In this document: piece by piece, positions 13,023 through 24,190 of the stretch
Layout of the letters: every line of letters starts with the position of its first letter
Position numbering within the stretch: the stretch's first letter is position 1
DNA from: Diplonema japonicum
Lineage: Eukaryota; Protista; Euglenozoa: Diplonemea
Direction of reading: 5' to 3'
DNA: 64,000 nt
Assembly: GCA_964019335.1 (NCBI GenBank)
Contig: OZ025694.1
Span: 62,001-126,000 of the forward strand
Translations under genes and position numbers: made by a program
The notes under the pieces: model-generated
The model's input: the letters and a program-made list of their open reading frames with translations, nothing else
Told to the model about the DNA's origin: nothing
Databases searched by the model: none

Positions 13023-14015
13023 ATGGATTTCCCAAGAGGATGGATGGACTACCCGAACATAGGTGGGCAGGTGGAGGGCACACGCTTTATCCCTGGGAAG
13101 GTGATGCTGGACGAGAGGTACAACCAAAAATGGAGCCCCGCACGTGACAAATGGAACGTGGAGACCATGCTGAAAACCGTAGAAGAACTACACCAAGGGA
13201 AGAGAATAGGGGGTGTCATCGACCTAACGAATACAGACAGGTATTACAAGGGCGGAGAGCTCGCAAGAATGGGGATATGGCACACCAAGCTTTGGGGGCT
13301 ACAGGGCCACGGGAAAATACCGGAAACAGCCTACGCCTTGGCCTTCATAGAAACCGTGAAGAAAATGGAAGAATCGCTGCAGGACAACGAACTGATATTC
13401 GTGCACTGCACCCACGGCATAAACCGTACCGGGTACCTTATCTGCCGGTATCTTACTGACGTGCTCAGGACACCTCCTCAAGAAGCTATCAATCGGTTTA
13501 AAACTTCCCGCCCCCCTGGGCTTATTAAAGCAGCATATATTGACATGTTATATTATTCAAGTGGAGGTGTACAGCGAATGAGGTCAAGCGTAGTTCGTTA
13601 CCCAGAAGAACCCAAAAGTGGCGACGATGAGACACGGGCCGATGGGGTTTTTTCGCCTACCACGGGTGCTGTTTCTGAACAGGCACTTCAGCGAAACCTG
13701 TACATTTTTGAAAAGGCTGCCCGGGCCAGGGTGGACCCTAGGAACATTGTGTCTTCCTCCCCTGTAACGCCGTTAACGGGGACCGTGGTGTTTTGGTCCT
13801 CCCACAGCGGTGGGTACGGGTATGTGAAGGTGCCTCATCTTGAGGATGACCTGTATGTTCCCAGCTCGGTCCTTCCATCATATGCTCACTTGGTGCCCAA
13901 CAAGGAGGTCTCCTTTGCGTACAGTCCGCCTGATATGGTTTGTGATTTTTCTGGCCCCGGTGTTGAGGTGTATGATGCGCCTCGTGTGAAGAGACCAAGG
14001 TATCAAAGGAGATGA
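13023..14015 (+). CDS. DUSP11/capping-enzyme-type RNA 5'-triphosphatase with C-terminal cold-shock-like domain
   Basis: W..YP..G..V.GTRFIP.K, VIDLTNTDRYY, active site HCTHGINRTGYLICRYL and AI.RF..SR. C-terminal TGTVVFW...GYGYV....DDLYV......L.....VSF. Confidence 0.88.
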   Translation: MDFPRGWMDYPNIGGQVEGTRFIPGKVMLDERYNQKWSPARDKWNVETMLKTVEELHQGKRIGGVIDLTNTDRYYKGGELARMGIWHTKLWGLQGHGKIPETAYALAFIETVKKMEESLQDNELIFVHCTHGINRTGYLICRYLTDVLRTPPQEAINRFKTSRPPGLIKAAYIDMLYYSSGGVQRMRSSVVRYPEEPKSGDDETRADGVFSPTTGAVSEQALQRNLYIFEKAARARVDPRNIVSSSPVTPLTGTVVFWSSHSGGYGYVKVPHLEDDLYVPSSVLPSYAHLVPNKEVSFAYSPPDMVCDFSGPGVEVYDAPRVKRPRYQRR

Positions 14016-14057
<42 letters not shown>

Positions 14058-14059
<2 letters not shown>

Positions 14060-14088
14060 CTGTAAAAGCTAAAGATTCCGGAGAGAGA

Positions 14089-14130
<42 letters not shown>

Positions 14131-14173
14131 CCGGAGGAGAAAAATGCCTGAGTGACCAAACCCCGGAATAATT

Positions 14174-14204
<31 letters not shown>

Positions 14205-14240
14205 GCCCGGATATTTTTCTCTTCCGGATATTTTGCAGTA
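14058..14240. mobile_element. Small degenerate MITE
   Basis: Termini TACTGTAAAA / TTTTGCAGTA with internal CCGG-containing repeats. Confidence 0.35.
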
Positions 14241-14473
14241 AAAAAAAAGAAAAAAGAGAAAAAAAGAGGAGGAGAAATCAAAAAAAAAAAAAAAAAAAGT
14301 CAAAAAAAAGGAAAAGAAGAAAAAGTGCGTTCCCCCCCCCTTCTTTTTTCTTTTCCATTCTACTCCCCCAACCCATTGTGTTTTTTCTCTCTTCCCCCCC
14401 CCCCCCTATATTCTTTCATCAAACCCTCACCAACAACAACCAGGGGTAAGTGAATCATATTAAAAAAAAAAGA

Positions 14474-16846
14474 ATGCGACTTCTGTTTCTGCTGATGCTC
14501 GTACCGCATGCTGCAGGTGCAAGCTTTCAAGATCACGTGAACAAAGCAAATGCAGACGGCACTCCATGGTTCGAGATCCCAACGAGCGACAGCACGGTGC
14601 CACAGCGGAGAACCCCCGGGGTGTGCCAGATGAGCGACCACCTGTACCTCTTTGCAGGCTTGGGCGTATCAGGCAAAATGAGAAATGACCTGTGGCAGCT
14701 GAACCTAAACGACCTTGTGTGGACAGAACTATCACCGAACATCGACAATGTGACAGGAACACCAACACCCTACCAAATGGAAGAGGCCCACATGGTTTGC
14801 GGGGGTGCACAAAATGCTATTTACGTAATGAATGACGAGGGCCTGTGGAAGTTCACATTGGGCACGAACACTTGGTTGAAAATGCCGACCGACCTCGTCA
14901 ACGGGCTGCACCCTTCAATGAAGATGGGGTACCACCCTATACTGACGAGGAACCACATAGTCTTCACGGGGTCCGGTAGCATATCATCCCGATACCCCGT
15001 GTTCAACACCAAAACAGATTTGTGGGAACCCGTCGCTCGCGATTCTCGCCTGAACCGCGAAGACCCGTCCGGCATCGCAAACGGCGATATAGCAATTGTT
15101 ACCGGTGGTGCCAGGTCATCAACACTGGTGGACAAAACATTGTTTATCAACTTGACAGATTCGGAAAGGCGATGGGACGAGCTTACTCTGTCAGGTCTTG
15201 CTGCGGAGGAGTTCTACACGGCCTCCCTTTCAGATGACATCATGGCGGCTAGGGGTTCCCCCGTTGGGAAGGGCAGCATCTCAACCTCGTACGGGATATC
15301 GCTTCTACAGTACAGCATCGCACGAAGCCCCGAGTTCAACCAATGGGTCGCCATTAATCAAACCTCCAACTGGGCGCCTCTCGCGGCGTACTTCGTTGTG
15401 ACGTCGTACAACGGGTCGCTCATCCAGGTGGGGGGCGTCGAGCAGAAGAATCTTACGTTGATGTCGAAGATCTTTGCGTACAACTATAGGATCTGCCCGC
15501 AGCACTGCAACCACCGCGGGGTGTGCTTGCTTGGAAACTGTGTTCAATGCTCCGGGTCAACAGGTGCAGCTTGCGAAACTCTCGATCCGCCCGGAACCGA
15601 CCACCTCCCGTTCATCATCGGCCCCGTTGCGGGTGGGGTATTCCTTCTTGTACTACTCCTCGGGGTGAGCTGGAAAATGACCGAAAAATCGAGACGCTTA
15701 AGGTCCCTCTACGACACCTCAAATGTGGCGGCAAAAATGGCGGAACAAATCGCAAGGATGGAGCTAGAGGAACTGGAGTACCTTGGTGGGATCGAGAACC
15801 CCACGGGGATCCAACGGTCGTTCATCTCAATCATCAAGGTTTTGAACACGTACAGAATGTACCTCCCGGCATCCGTCCTGCAGACAATGCAGTCAGACTC
15901 CGAACAGGAAACAGAATGCACCGGGCTGGCGGGGGAACCTCGTGCACACACACATATATCCTCCCGTGCTTCGTCTGTTCACAGCGGTTCGAGCACGAAC
16001 AACCAATCGGAGTCGACAGCGACAAGGGGGAACGTAGTGGCGTCCTTGCAAACGGATCTTGCGGTGAAGGTTGTGAAGAAGACTGTGGCAACGTGCGCGT
16101 TTCGTCTTTCGGGGTTCGAGAAGTGGGTGGCGGAGGCGACCTCGACAGGACAGATCCACAGCACGATAAAAACATTTACCGACACAGTTCAAAGCATGCT
16201 TGAAACCCACCGCGGCACACTGCTGTCCGCACAGCTGTCCCACGGCATGATCGTGGGAGCATGGAACTTTACGATCCCAAAGTCCACGCCGGACGTCAGC
16301 GCGTGTGAAGCGGCATTGGCAACCATGCACCACCTCCCTGAAAGCTTCCCTTTAAAAATGCAGATTTCAACCACCGGAGGTTCTTGTTGGGCGGGTAACC
16401 TCGGCGGCACACACCTCCGCGTGCCTGCTCTCGTTGGCACGTTAATCGAAAAATCAAACATTCTCATTGACATGGCTTCTGTTAAGAAGCTTCCCATCAC
16501 GACAGACCTTGTGGGGACGATGACTTGGTTCCGGCTTCTTCCTGTCGACATAATCAGTCATAAGGCGGCGGTGAACCGGAAGGGTGATGTGAGCACGCCT
16601 GTGGAGGAGATGAAGTGCATCCATGTGTATCAGCTTATTGCGAAGCTGGAGGGGAACGAAGGCGAGTGGATGTACGCCTTGCACGACAGGGAGATCGGTT
16701 CGTCCGCAACAGCATCAGCCATGGACGTGTATAGCAGGGACGGGGCCCGGGCGGCGCGGGCATTCATCGATGCCTTGGATTCCGCTAAGGCCGCGGAGCT
16801 ACAGTTGCTAAGGGATTCTTTGGAAGAGGTGGACAAGTCGGACTGA
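14474..16846 (+). CDS. Single-pass receptor: signal peptide, Kelch repeats, EGF-like module, TM, degenerate class III nucleotide-cyclase domain
   Basis: Hydrophobic signal MRLLFLLMLVPHAAG. Kelch LYLFAG...NDLWQL and LIQVGG. EGF-like CPQHCNHRGVC..GNC..C....GAAC. TM FIIGPVAGGVFLLVLLLGVSW. Cyclase-associated YLPASVL, GNLGG...ALVG and EWMY. Confidence 0.8.
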   Translation: MRLLFLLMLVPHAAGASFQDHVNKANADGTPWFEIPTSDSTVPQRRTPGVCQMSDHLYLFAGLGVSGKMRNDLWQLNLNDLVWTELSPNIDNVTGTPTPYQMEEAHMVCGGAQNAIYVMNDEGLWKFTLGTNTWLKMPTDLVNGLHPSMKMGYHPILTRNHIVFTGSGSISSRYPVFNTKTDLWEPVARDSRLNREDPSGIANGDIAIVTGGARSSTLVDKTLFINLTDSERRWDELTLSGLAAEEFYTASLSDDIMAARGSPVGKGSISTSYGISLLQYSIARSPEFNQWVAINQTSNWAPLAAYFVVTSYNGSLIQVGGVEQKNLTLMSKIFAYNYRICPQHCNHRGVCLLGNCVQCSGSTGAACETLDPPGTDHLPFIIGPVAGGVFLLVLLLGVSWKMTEKSRRLRSLYDTSNVAAKMAEQIARMELEELEYLGGIENPTGIQRSFISIIKVLNTYRMYLPASVLQTMQSDSEQETECTGLAGEPRAHTHISSRASSVHSGSSTNNQSESTATRGNVVASLQTDLAVKVVKKTVATCAFRLSGFEKWVAEATSTGQIHSTIKTFTDTVQSMLETHRGTLLSAQLSHGMIVGAWNFTIPKSTPDVSACEAALATMHHLPESFPLKMQISTTGGSCWAGNLGGTHLRVPALVGTLIEKSNILIDMASVKKLPITTDLVGTMTWFRLLPVDIISHKAAVNRKGDVSTPVEEMKCIHVYQLIAKLEGNEGEWMYALHDREIGSSATASAMDVYSRDGARAARAFIDALDSAKAAELQLLRDSLEEVDKSD

Positions 16847-17110
16847 TAAAAGTCCTTTTTTTGGCAAGTAGCCGCGGCCTTCCTACTCCTCTCCAGTTGG
16901 TGTTCAATTGCCTGTGGTCCCTCTCCCAATTTCAAAAGTTTCTTTACCTCTCCACTTTTGGGTTCGGGGCGAAGTTGCGCAAAGGTGGCCGCTGTGTCAC
17001 ATACCGCATGACACCACCTTTTTATTTTTTTTACCCGTCAACCCTCCACATCCTTGAGAGACAGTTGTACAACTACTGCGTTTCTACCAACTCGGTTGAG
17101 GGTTAGGTAC

Positions 17111-17181
17111 CGAGGAGGTGAGCGAAGGGCCGAAGGCCACACCACAGCAGAAGGTTCGATCAAGAGATAGGTTGAGACTCT
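17111..17181 (+). repeat. ~70-bp dispersed repeat (second copy 19275-19346)
   Basis: GGGCCGAAGGCCACACCACAGCAGAA(A)GGTTCGATCAAGAGATAG.TTGAGACTCT at both sites. Confidence 0.7.
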
Positions 17182-17182
17182 A

Positions 17183-17225
17183 CAGGCGTCCTGTCACATA
17201 CCGCAGGTACCCTTAAATGTCTCTC
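17183..17225 (+). repeat. Solo retroposon 3' tail E (also 45211-45252; related to the tail of SINE copy 5)
   Basis: CAGGCGTCCTG(T/C)CACATACCGCAGGTACCCTTAAATGTCTCT followed by a T-rich tract. Confidence 0.65.
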
Positions 17226-17299
17226 TTTTATTTATTATTTAAATTTATTTTTTATTTATTTATTTTCTGGCTTCTCCCTAAGGGATTTTGGCTTGGGCC

Positions 17300-17932
17300 G
17301 GGAAAATAAAGTTTTCCATAATTCCCTTTGGGAAAATAAAGTACTTTATTTTTTTTCCCTCATGTTTTCTGCAGATTTGTGAAAATGGGGCGTCAGAGAA
17401 AAGAGGCCAGAAAATCAACAAAAAACTCGATCGGCAGTTGCATCCTGGTGTCGGCTGTCGGGGTTTGCCTTTCAGTCATGGATGGCATCTGCGGTAAGAG
17501 ACACTCGAAGTAGGGAGCTGGTTGGGTGGACGAGAACGGGGGTGTAGCTATTCGTCGCTGGTGCACTCAGGTTCCTCAAGGAGTTCATCCACCGCTCGAG
17601 AAAGCCCATAAAGGCCAACATGATAACGTAGTTCGATGCCTAGGGCTTGCCGTCGAGCCTCTCGGCTGACTGCCATGCTGAAGGCGTGGACGAGCAGGTG
17701 CAAGCAACCCCCTGTCTTGATGTTATGCCAAATCCTGGACTTCCTGGCTTTGGGGGTTTGGGAGTGCCATCGGGAACCAGAAAACTTAAATAAATTACGT
17801 ATTGATGAATCATATTACTCTTTCCCTTGGCTGATAGTCTGTCTCCCTCGCTTCGCTCGTGAAAATCAGACAGATTATCAGCCAAGGGAAAGAGTAAAGT
17901 CCACTTTATATTTTTCATAAATCAGTAGTTAT
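17300..17932. mobile_element. Crypton-like element, family C
   Basis: Long inverted repeat 17815-17897 (TTACTCTTTCCCTTGGCTGATA.TCTGTCT / AGACAGATTATCAGCCAAGGGAAAGAGTAA) with the same CTCGCTTCGCTCGTG centre as family A. Left boundary uncertain. Confidence 0.5.
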
Positions 17933-18472
17933 TTATCGTCAAGAAGGAGAAAACTTCTGAGCGATGCTTTTTTTTTCAAATACACGTCACCCCCCCCCCC
18001 CCCCCCCCCCTCAAAATCCTTTGCATTCCTGCTGCAGCTTTTCAAAAAAAAACAAAAAAAAAAAAAAAAAGAGCTGCCAAGAACTCCTTGGCAGCCTCAG
18101 GCTAGGTTCAACGTTTACTTTCGTTGGCTGCTGCTAGAGAGGCCGCAAGAAAAAAAAAAAGAGAAAAAAATCGAGTGGTTTGCCGCGTTCTCCCAGGGAT
18201 GTATAACCCCTAGGGAGCACGGCAACCATAAGACGAACAAATACGGAATAGCTCTCTTGGTTACTTCTTTTTTTCTTCTTCTTTTTCTTCTTTCCTTTAA
18301 CGATTAGTTTTTCGTTTTATTGCAGTGAGGCGCTATCAAGAAGATTTTTAGAAAGTGCAAAAGTCTATGAAGAGAGAGATGAGAAGAAACCCGCTGGTTT
18401 CGCCGCCTTCAGGTTTCTTTAATATAGTCAGCAAGTATTGTATAAAACACCTTGAGCGGGTTTCTTTATCCA

Positions 18473-18507
<35 letters not shown>

Positions 18508-18709
18508 AACGGTATGCACGTTTTTGTTTGCTGTCTTTCGGATGCCATTATTATAGCAGCATAGGTGACAGAGGAAGGCCAAGTGATGGGTGATAAAGCC
18601 GAGTTCCTACCACAGCCTTTTGTCTTTCTGATCTATTGCTAGCAGGGTGATGGACTTCCTTCCAACTCACCCCCCCTTTTTTTTCTCTCTCTTTTGTTTC
18701 TTTTTTTAG

Positions 18710-19034
18710 GTGGTGGGGATAACATGGAAATATAAGTAGTACATCAGATGTGTTGTTCGCTGTTGACCTCCTCGTCGGTCATCACCGGTGCGCCCGAGTG
18801 GAAGAACGTAACGCAGATGCTCAGGGTGACGAACAGGCAGCAAACTGCACGAGCGCAGAATCTTGGTTACCCGGGACGCCCCGGTTAGGGTTGAGCACAC
18901 CGCACGCATTAAGGACACGACGCGGAACGCAGAAGAAGCTACAACTCGGCCGAGGAGCGCCCCCTGTAATCAAGTAGGTAGTTCGTGTTTCGTTGCACGC
19001 TTAACGCCACCTAGTGTTGCAATCAAAGCCCCAT
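18710..19034 (+). mobile_element. SINE-like retroposon copy 2 (tail C; 1-nt frameshift in ORF)
   Basis: Same body, preceded by TTTTTTTAG. Ends TGCACGCTTAACGCCACCTAGTGTTGCAATCAAAGCCCCATT. Confidence 0.85.
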
Positions 19035-19124
19035 TCTTTTTTTTGTTTTTGTTTTTGTTTTGTTGTTTTTTTTTTCACAAAAAAACTCTCGAAAAAAACC
19101 TCGTGAAAAGAAAGACAAAATGAG

Positions 19125-19161
<37 letters not shown>

Positions 19162-19783
19162 CTCATTCGAGGACCATGACCAAATCCCACTAGACAAACA
19201 AGTGGTACTGGACGAAAATTTGTCATGAAGGGAATTTTGGCAGCGTGATTTCTTTCTTTTTTTTTTTTTTTTTTGAGGAGGGTGAACGAGGGGCCGAAGG
19301 CCACACCACAGCAGAAAGGTTCGATCAAGAGATAGATTGAGACTCTTTCTCTTTTTTTTTTTTTTTTTTTTCTTTCTTCTCCAAATTTTAAACACCTTTC
19401 CAAACAACGACCAGTTCCTCTTTGTTTGAACAGGATGGAAAAAAAAAGAGAGGGAAAAAATATGAGTAGTTTCCGCTCATTTGTTTTGGCGTCATGTTAA
19501 AAAAAACAAATAAAAAAAATCTTTTCTTTAAAGGGAAAATAAGGTTTTTCGCCTGGGCAACGAAGTGAGAGGAGGGCGTGGAAAGAAAAAAAAAAAAAGA
19601 AAAGCTATGTAAAAGCCCCAAGTATCTAATTAGACTAATAGTGAAATAATTTTTTTTTTTGTTCTGTACTTTTTTTTTTTTTTTTTTGCCCAAATTATTC
19701 TGAATAAAAACAATATTTTTTTCCAGATCCAGGAGGTAGTTGTAAATAAAGTCAAAAAGAAAATTCTTTTTTTTTTTCCTTTT

Positions 19784-20011
19784 TACCGGATTTGTATTTT
19801 ATTTTGTTCCGTATTAATAATGTGTTCCTTTTTCGGATTTTGGACCCAACTTAGCGGACTTTATTCGGTCGGTCGGTCGCCCACCCGCTATCTCCTGCGT
19901 CCAGCCCACAGACACGAGTGGGCATGGCGTTGCTGATATGGTGCTGGTGCTCTTATCTCCTGTACCGTAGTAATGGTACATGACACATGCCATAATTAGT
20001 ACAAATCCGTA
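19784..20011. mobile_element. pogo/mariner-like MITE (related pieces at 51758-51885 and 53250-53360)
   Basis: Termini TACCGGATTTGTA / TACAAATCCG(G)TA. Shared internal CCTTTTTCGGATTTTGGACCCAACTT. Confidence 0.55.
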
Positions 20012-20557
20012 ATATCTTTTTTTTTTTTTTTTCTTCTATACTATACTTTTCTATTATGTTTGCAACAACAACTATCTCGATACTATTGTCACCTTTCACA
20101 CCTACCCCCCCCTTTTTTTTGAATAAAGAAAAAATATAAAAAGAAAATAAAGAAAAGAAATGACCACCGCTTGAATAGTGAAACAAGGAACAAAAGCCTA
20201 TTCTTCCACTCGCATATTTTTGCGACAGTTAAGTATCTTTCAAGGCCCTGTGTATGTTGGTGCTTCACTCTCACCTAGTATACAGGGTCCGGGGTGAGTT
20301 GAAGGTTTTTTAAAACGGACGGGTGGAGAGTATGCAGAAAAAAAATGTATTCAACGTATATTATGAAAATAAAGAAGGGGGGGGAAAAAAATGAGAACAA
20401 AAAAATTTTTTTTGTTTCCTTCTTTCTTTTTTTTAAAGAGAAAACGATTTAGATTCACTGTCACCCAAGGTGGGTGCTCTTCTTCATCTTTTCTAGTCAT
20501 CTTCTTTCTTTATTATCTTCTAATTTCCTAAATAATATTTCTACCCGTATTGTATTG

Positions 20558-21485
20558 ACTATTTACTAAATAAAAATCAGATTACCTGATTGTTACGAGG
20601 AATTTCTTTTTTCACGAGTAGTTGAATTTCACGAGCGAAGCGAGTGAAATTCAAAAAAAACGAGTGAAAAAAAAAATTCCGAGTAAAAATCTGGCTGATT
20701 TTTATTTAGTATGATATTTTACTTAATTTTTGTAAAGTTAAATGAGGAAATTTCGGACACTGTGAACCCTTTATGTTCACTTCTGCGAAATGTTCACACT
20801 GATGTCAAAACTAAGCCTGATTGCCTGAGAAGGCGATGTCAAATTGACAGAATTCTGTAGGTTTTGTGTAATTTGTGTCGGCACTTGATCATCGCACTTC
20901 AGAAACTGCTGGTTTTGTGCAGGGGCTTGATCAGGTCTGACTTCCAGCCAAAATAGCAGGTTCCTTCATCAACAAGGTATCGTGTAAAAGAACGCCTGTA
21001 TGCATGGCCAGTGTAATTTTCGGCATTTGCCGGCCTCAGGTGTGATGCTTGGTGGCTCGGAAACCTGGTAAAGTGTGTTTGTGCCTCTCTTGCCTCGGAT
21101 GCTTGACTGTGTTTTGCCTCAGATACCTGACTCTGGTTTGGGCAGGTTGGGTTACGTCTCATATTTTGAGAGGCGATTAATGTATGTGTCGAGCGACGTT
21201 TGTAAAAGCGCAACATGCTGTAGCTCAGTGGTAGCTCAGTGGTAGCTCAGTGCTTATGTCGTCGCACTCGTCTCCTGGAGACCAGATCAAATCCTGGACC
21301 CCGAACGGGTCAAAAAAAACGATCCCTCGGGGCTTGAACCCTCGACCCCTGAAACCCTGGCCGATTTTACTTTACATTTACTTTTTTAAGCCAAATTCGG
21401 CCTATTACTTTACCTTTATTCTTCACTTCTGATTTTTATGGCTCTTTAGAAATTTCCTCATGTAACTTTACAGAATTAAGTAAAA
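20558..21485 (-). mobile_element. Crypton-like non-autonomous element, family A, copy 2 (YR remnant 20899-21216)
   Basis: Reverse complement of 9111-10167 with few substitutions and some deletions. Same YTGHAYRRS remnant. Confidence 0.8.
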
Positions 21486-21733
21486 AAAAAAAGAAAAAAA
21501 AGAAAAAGAAAACACAAATCACCAATTTATTTATTTATTTTTTTCTCTATTTTTTAAAAAAAAGATAAATTCACTCTGCCTAGCGCCCCCTCTCCTCCCT
21601 AGCAAGTTTGGTTTCTACCAATGATATTGTTTTTTTTTTTCTTCTTCCAAAATGAGATGATTGGTCCCCCCCTAACGCACGGGGCTCAGTAGTTGAAAAA
21701 AAAGAGGGGGGGAAAGAGGGGGTAACAATGCAA

Positions 21734-22235
21734 TTTTTATTTCACTCTTCGTCATTTTCTTCACTCACTCATTTAAAAGGGGGGAGTAAAGCACTTATTC
21801 CCACTTTTAAGGGCCGGAAGGGCCTCAGATGGCCAAAAATAGTCAAAATACCCCCACCCCAAAAAAGATTTTTCAAGGGGTTGGGTGCATTTTTTTCCAC
21901 GGCAAGACTCATTTTTTTCACTCTGAAGCGCAATTATTTAACTGCAAAATCTCATTATTTAACAAGTTAAATAATGGCCATTTCGCGTTAAATAATGGGG
22001 CCCCTAGCTCCCTGTATTACCTTAGGAAAATCCCCAAAAAGCTGACCTGCGTGGAAAAAAAAAAAAAAAAAAAAAAAAAAAACAGCGGTGAAAGCAGTGA
22101 AGAGTGAGATGACGAAAAGTGAAATAAAACGACTTACTTGCCGCCGAATGAGCCATTATTTAACACTCGTTACCGTTTTTTTCCCGGGAACTCGAGTTAA
22201 ATAATGACTCATAATTTGTTGGCAATAAAATAGCT
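21734..22235. mobile_element. Crypton-like element, family B, copy 2 (arms inverted relative to copy 1, core not)
   Basis: Arms are the reverse complement of the arms of 12408-12978, while core 21770-22004 is co-linear with 12659-12942. Confidence 0.7.
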
Positions 22236-22286
22236 AATTTTTATTTTTAAAAGTACGAGCTTCTAATTTTACTTCTCGCAAGGAGG

Positions 22287-22325
<39 letters not shown>

Positions 22326-22959
22326 AGAGAGAAAAAAAAAAAAAAAAAGTACCTGATATACCGTATTTGTACGAAAATTTAAGAAAAGAATTCGCACGCG
22401 AGCTTTTTTTTTCCCCCCGTTTTCATATTAGTTCTAAGTTAAAACATCCTCGAACCATGTAACCATAACATGAGACGCTTATGAAAGAACACCCCCCCCC
22501 CCCCCCCCCCCCGGCCGAAAAACAGCTAAGGACAGATTACGGGATTAGAAAATGCTAAAGTGCTTGAGGGTTATTTTAAATACGGTGTTTTTTTTTTTTT
22601 TTAAAGCAGCGCTGCACACTTAACGCCAAGCCCAATTTCCCTCTCCCCCCTCCCCCTTTTTCTTCTTCTTTTTCTCCTCTTTTTTGAATCTCACGGGGGG
22701 GGGGGGATTATATGAATGAATCGGCTTCATATGGCAGAGACATGATCTTTGTGCCTAAGGTCTCAGGTGACTGCAGTTCCCCCCCCCCCCCCCCCTTCCA
22801 GGCCTTTCAATGGGTGGGGTGCTGTGAGCAAGAACACACATTGTATTTCCTACCCAAAATACCTAAGGGTTTTTGTTGGTGATCTGTGATGTACTTGTCT
22901 GCCCCCAGCCTAAAGACCCAGTCGAGGCAAGCGCAGATTTAGTTTTCCCCTTTGTGCGC

Positions 22960-22993
<34 letters not shown>

Positions 22994-23135
22994 GAGGGAA
23001 AAAAAAAGAAAAGAAAAAAAATAATAGCTATTTACAACCAACAAGTAATGGTAGTAATGACTTTGCCGTTACCTCGAAGTAATGGTAAAAAGTCATCCTT
23101 TGGCGATAAGTAAGTGGTTTTATTGGGTATACATG

Positions 23136-23462
23136 GTGGTGGGGATAACATGGAAATATAAGAAGTACATCAGATGTGTTGTTCGCTGTTGACCTCCTCG
23201 TCGGTCATCACCGGTAGCGCCCGAGTGGAAGAACGTAACGCAGATGCTCAGGGTGACGAACAGGCAGCAAACTGCACGAGCGCAGAATCTTGGTTACCCG
23301 GGACGCCCCGGCTAGGGTTGAGCACACCGCACGCATTAAGGACACGACGCGGAACGCAAAAGAAGCTACAACTCGGCCGGGGAGCGCCCCCTGTAATCAA
23401 GTAGGTAGTTCGTGCTTCATTGCACGCTTAACGCCACCTAGTGTTGCAATCAAAGCCCCATT
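23136..23462 (+). mobile_element. SINE-like retroposon copy 3 (76-aa ORF 23174-23404, tail C)
   Basis: Same body and tail as copy 2, with an intact ORF. Confidence 0.85.
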
Positions 23463-23771
23463 TTATTTCACGACTCTCTGAAATTACCTCGCTACGGGGC
23501 GGCAAAAGAGGTGAGGGGTAACAAAGGCTACAATAAAGAGCTGCCGCCGTCGCTGGCATAGCCTCAGCCACCATGTTTATCAGGCCTTCTCGTACCTGGC
23601 GCGGCCAGTCGCTCTGGAACCGAGGCAAAAAAAGTTGGCCAATTGAGCTGAACCCTGGGGGAAAACTGAGAGGAAAAAGTTTCCCACTGGCATATTATTA
23701 CCCGGAAACCCCTATTTACTTTATGGAATTATTTCACCGTGAAAATAATTTCAGAAGAGTGAAATAAAAAA

Positions 23772-24190
23772 ATAGCTATTTATTAAATGAAATCAGATAA
23801 GCCTGATTTCACGCGTGGGGTGCCCTTTTTGATGGGTGATTTTGCTTCTAAAAAGGGGACCCCACAAATGAAACCATGCTCTGGTTTTTATTCAATACTA
23901 CATTTTATTTAATGATGAGCTGCTCTCGCCCTGCCTGTTGGCCGTGGTCTTCTATTGGGTTTGAGCGAGTGGTAGGTGCAATACCTCTCCACTCCTTCCT
24001 GTAGGCCATTTTGCTTGCCGCTGGAAGCGTGTCTTCCATCACTGTTCTCTTTCTCGACGCTGATGCCCTTGGCTCGCGTTCCCGAAGTACCTGATTTTCA
24101 CGCCCAGCAACGCTTGGCTTAAAAACACGAGGATTTTTCGATAGACCTGCGATACTTTTTTTGCCGATTTTTTGACCCTTTTTTTCAAAT
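23772..24190. mobile_element. Degenerate Crypton-like element (family D)
   Basis: Begins AGCTATTTATTAAATGAAATCAGA, followed by an imperfect long hairpin closing at TCTGGTTTTTATTCAATA. Same terminal layout as families A and B. Confidence 0.35.

Noticed and set aside
23165-23215. C/D snoRNA on the minus strand of the SINE body (GTGATGA...CTGA)
   Set aside because: Boxes are only ~30 nt apart, with no terminal stem or recognisable rRNA guide.
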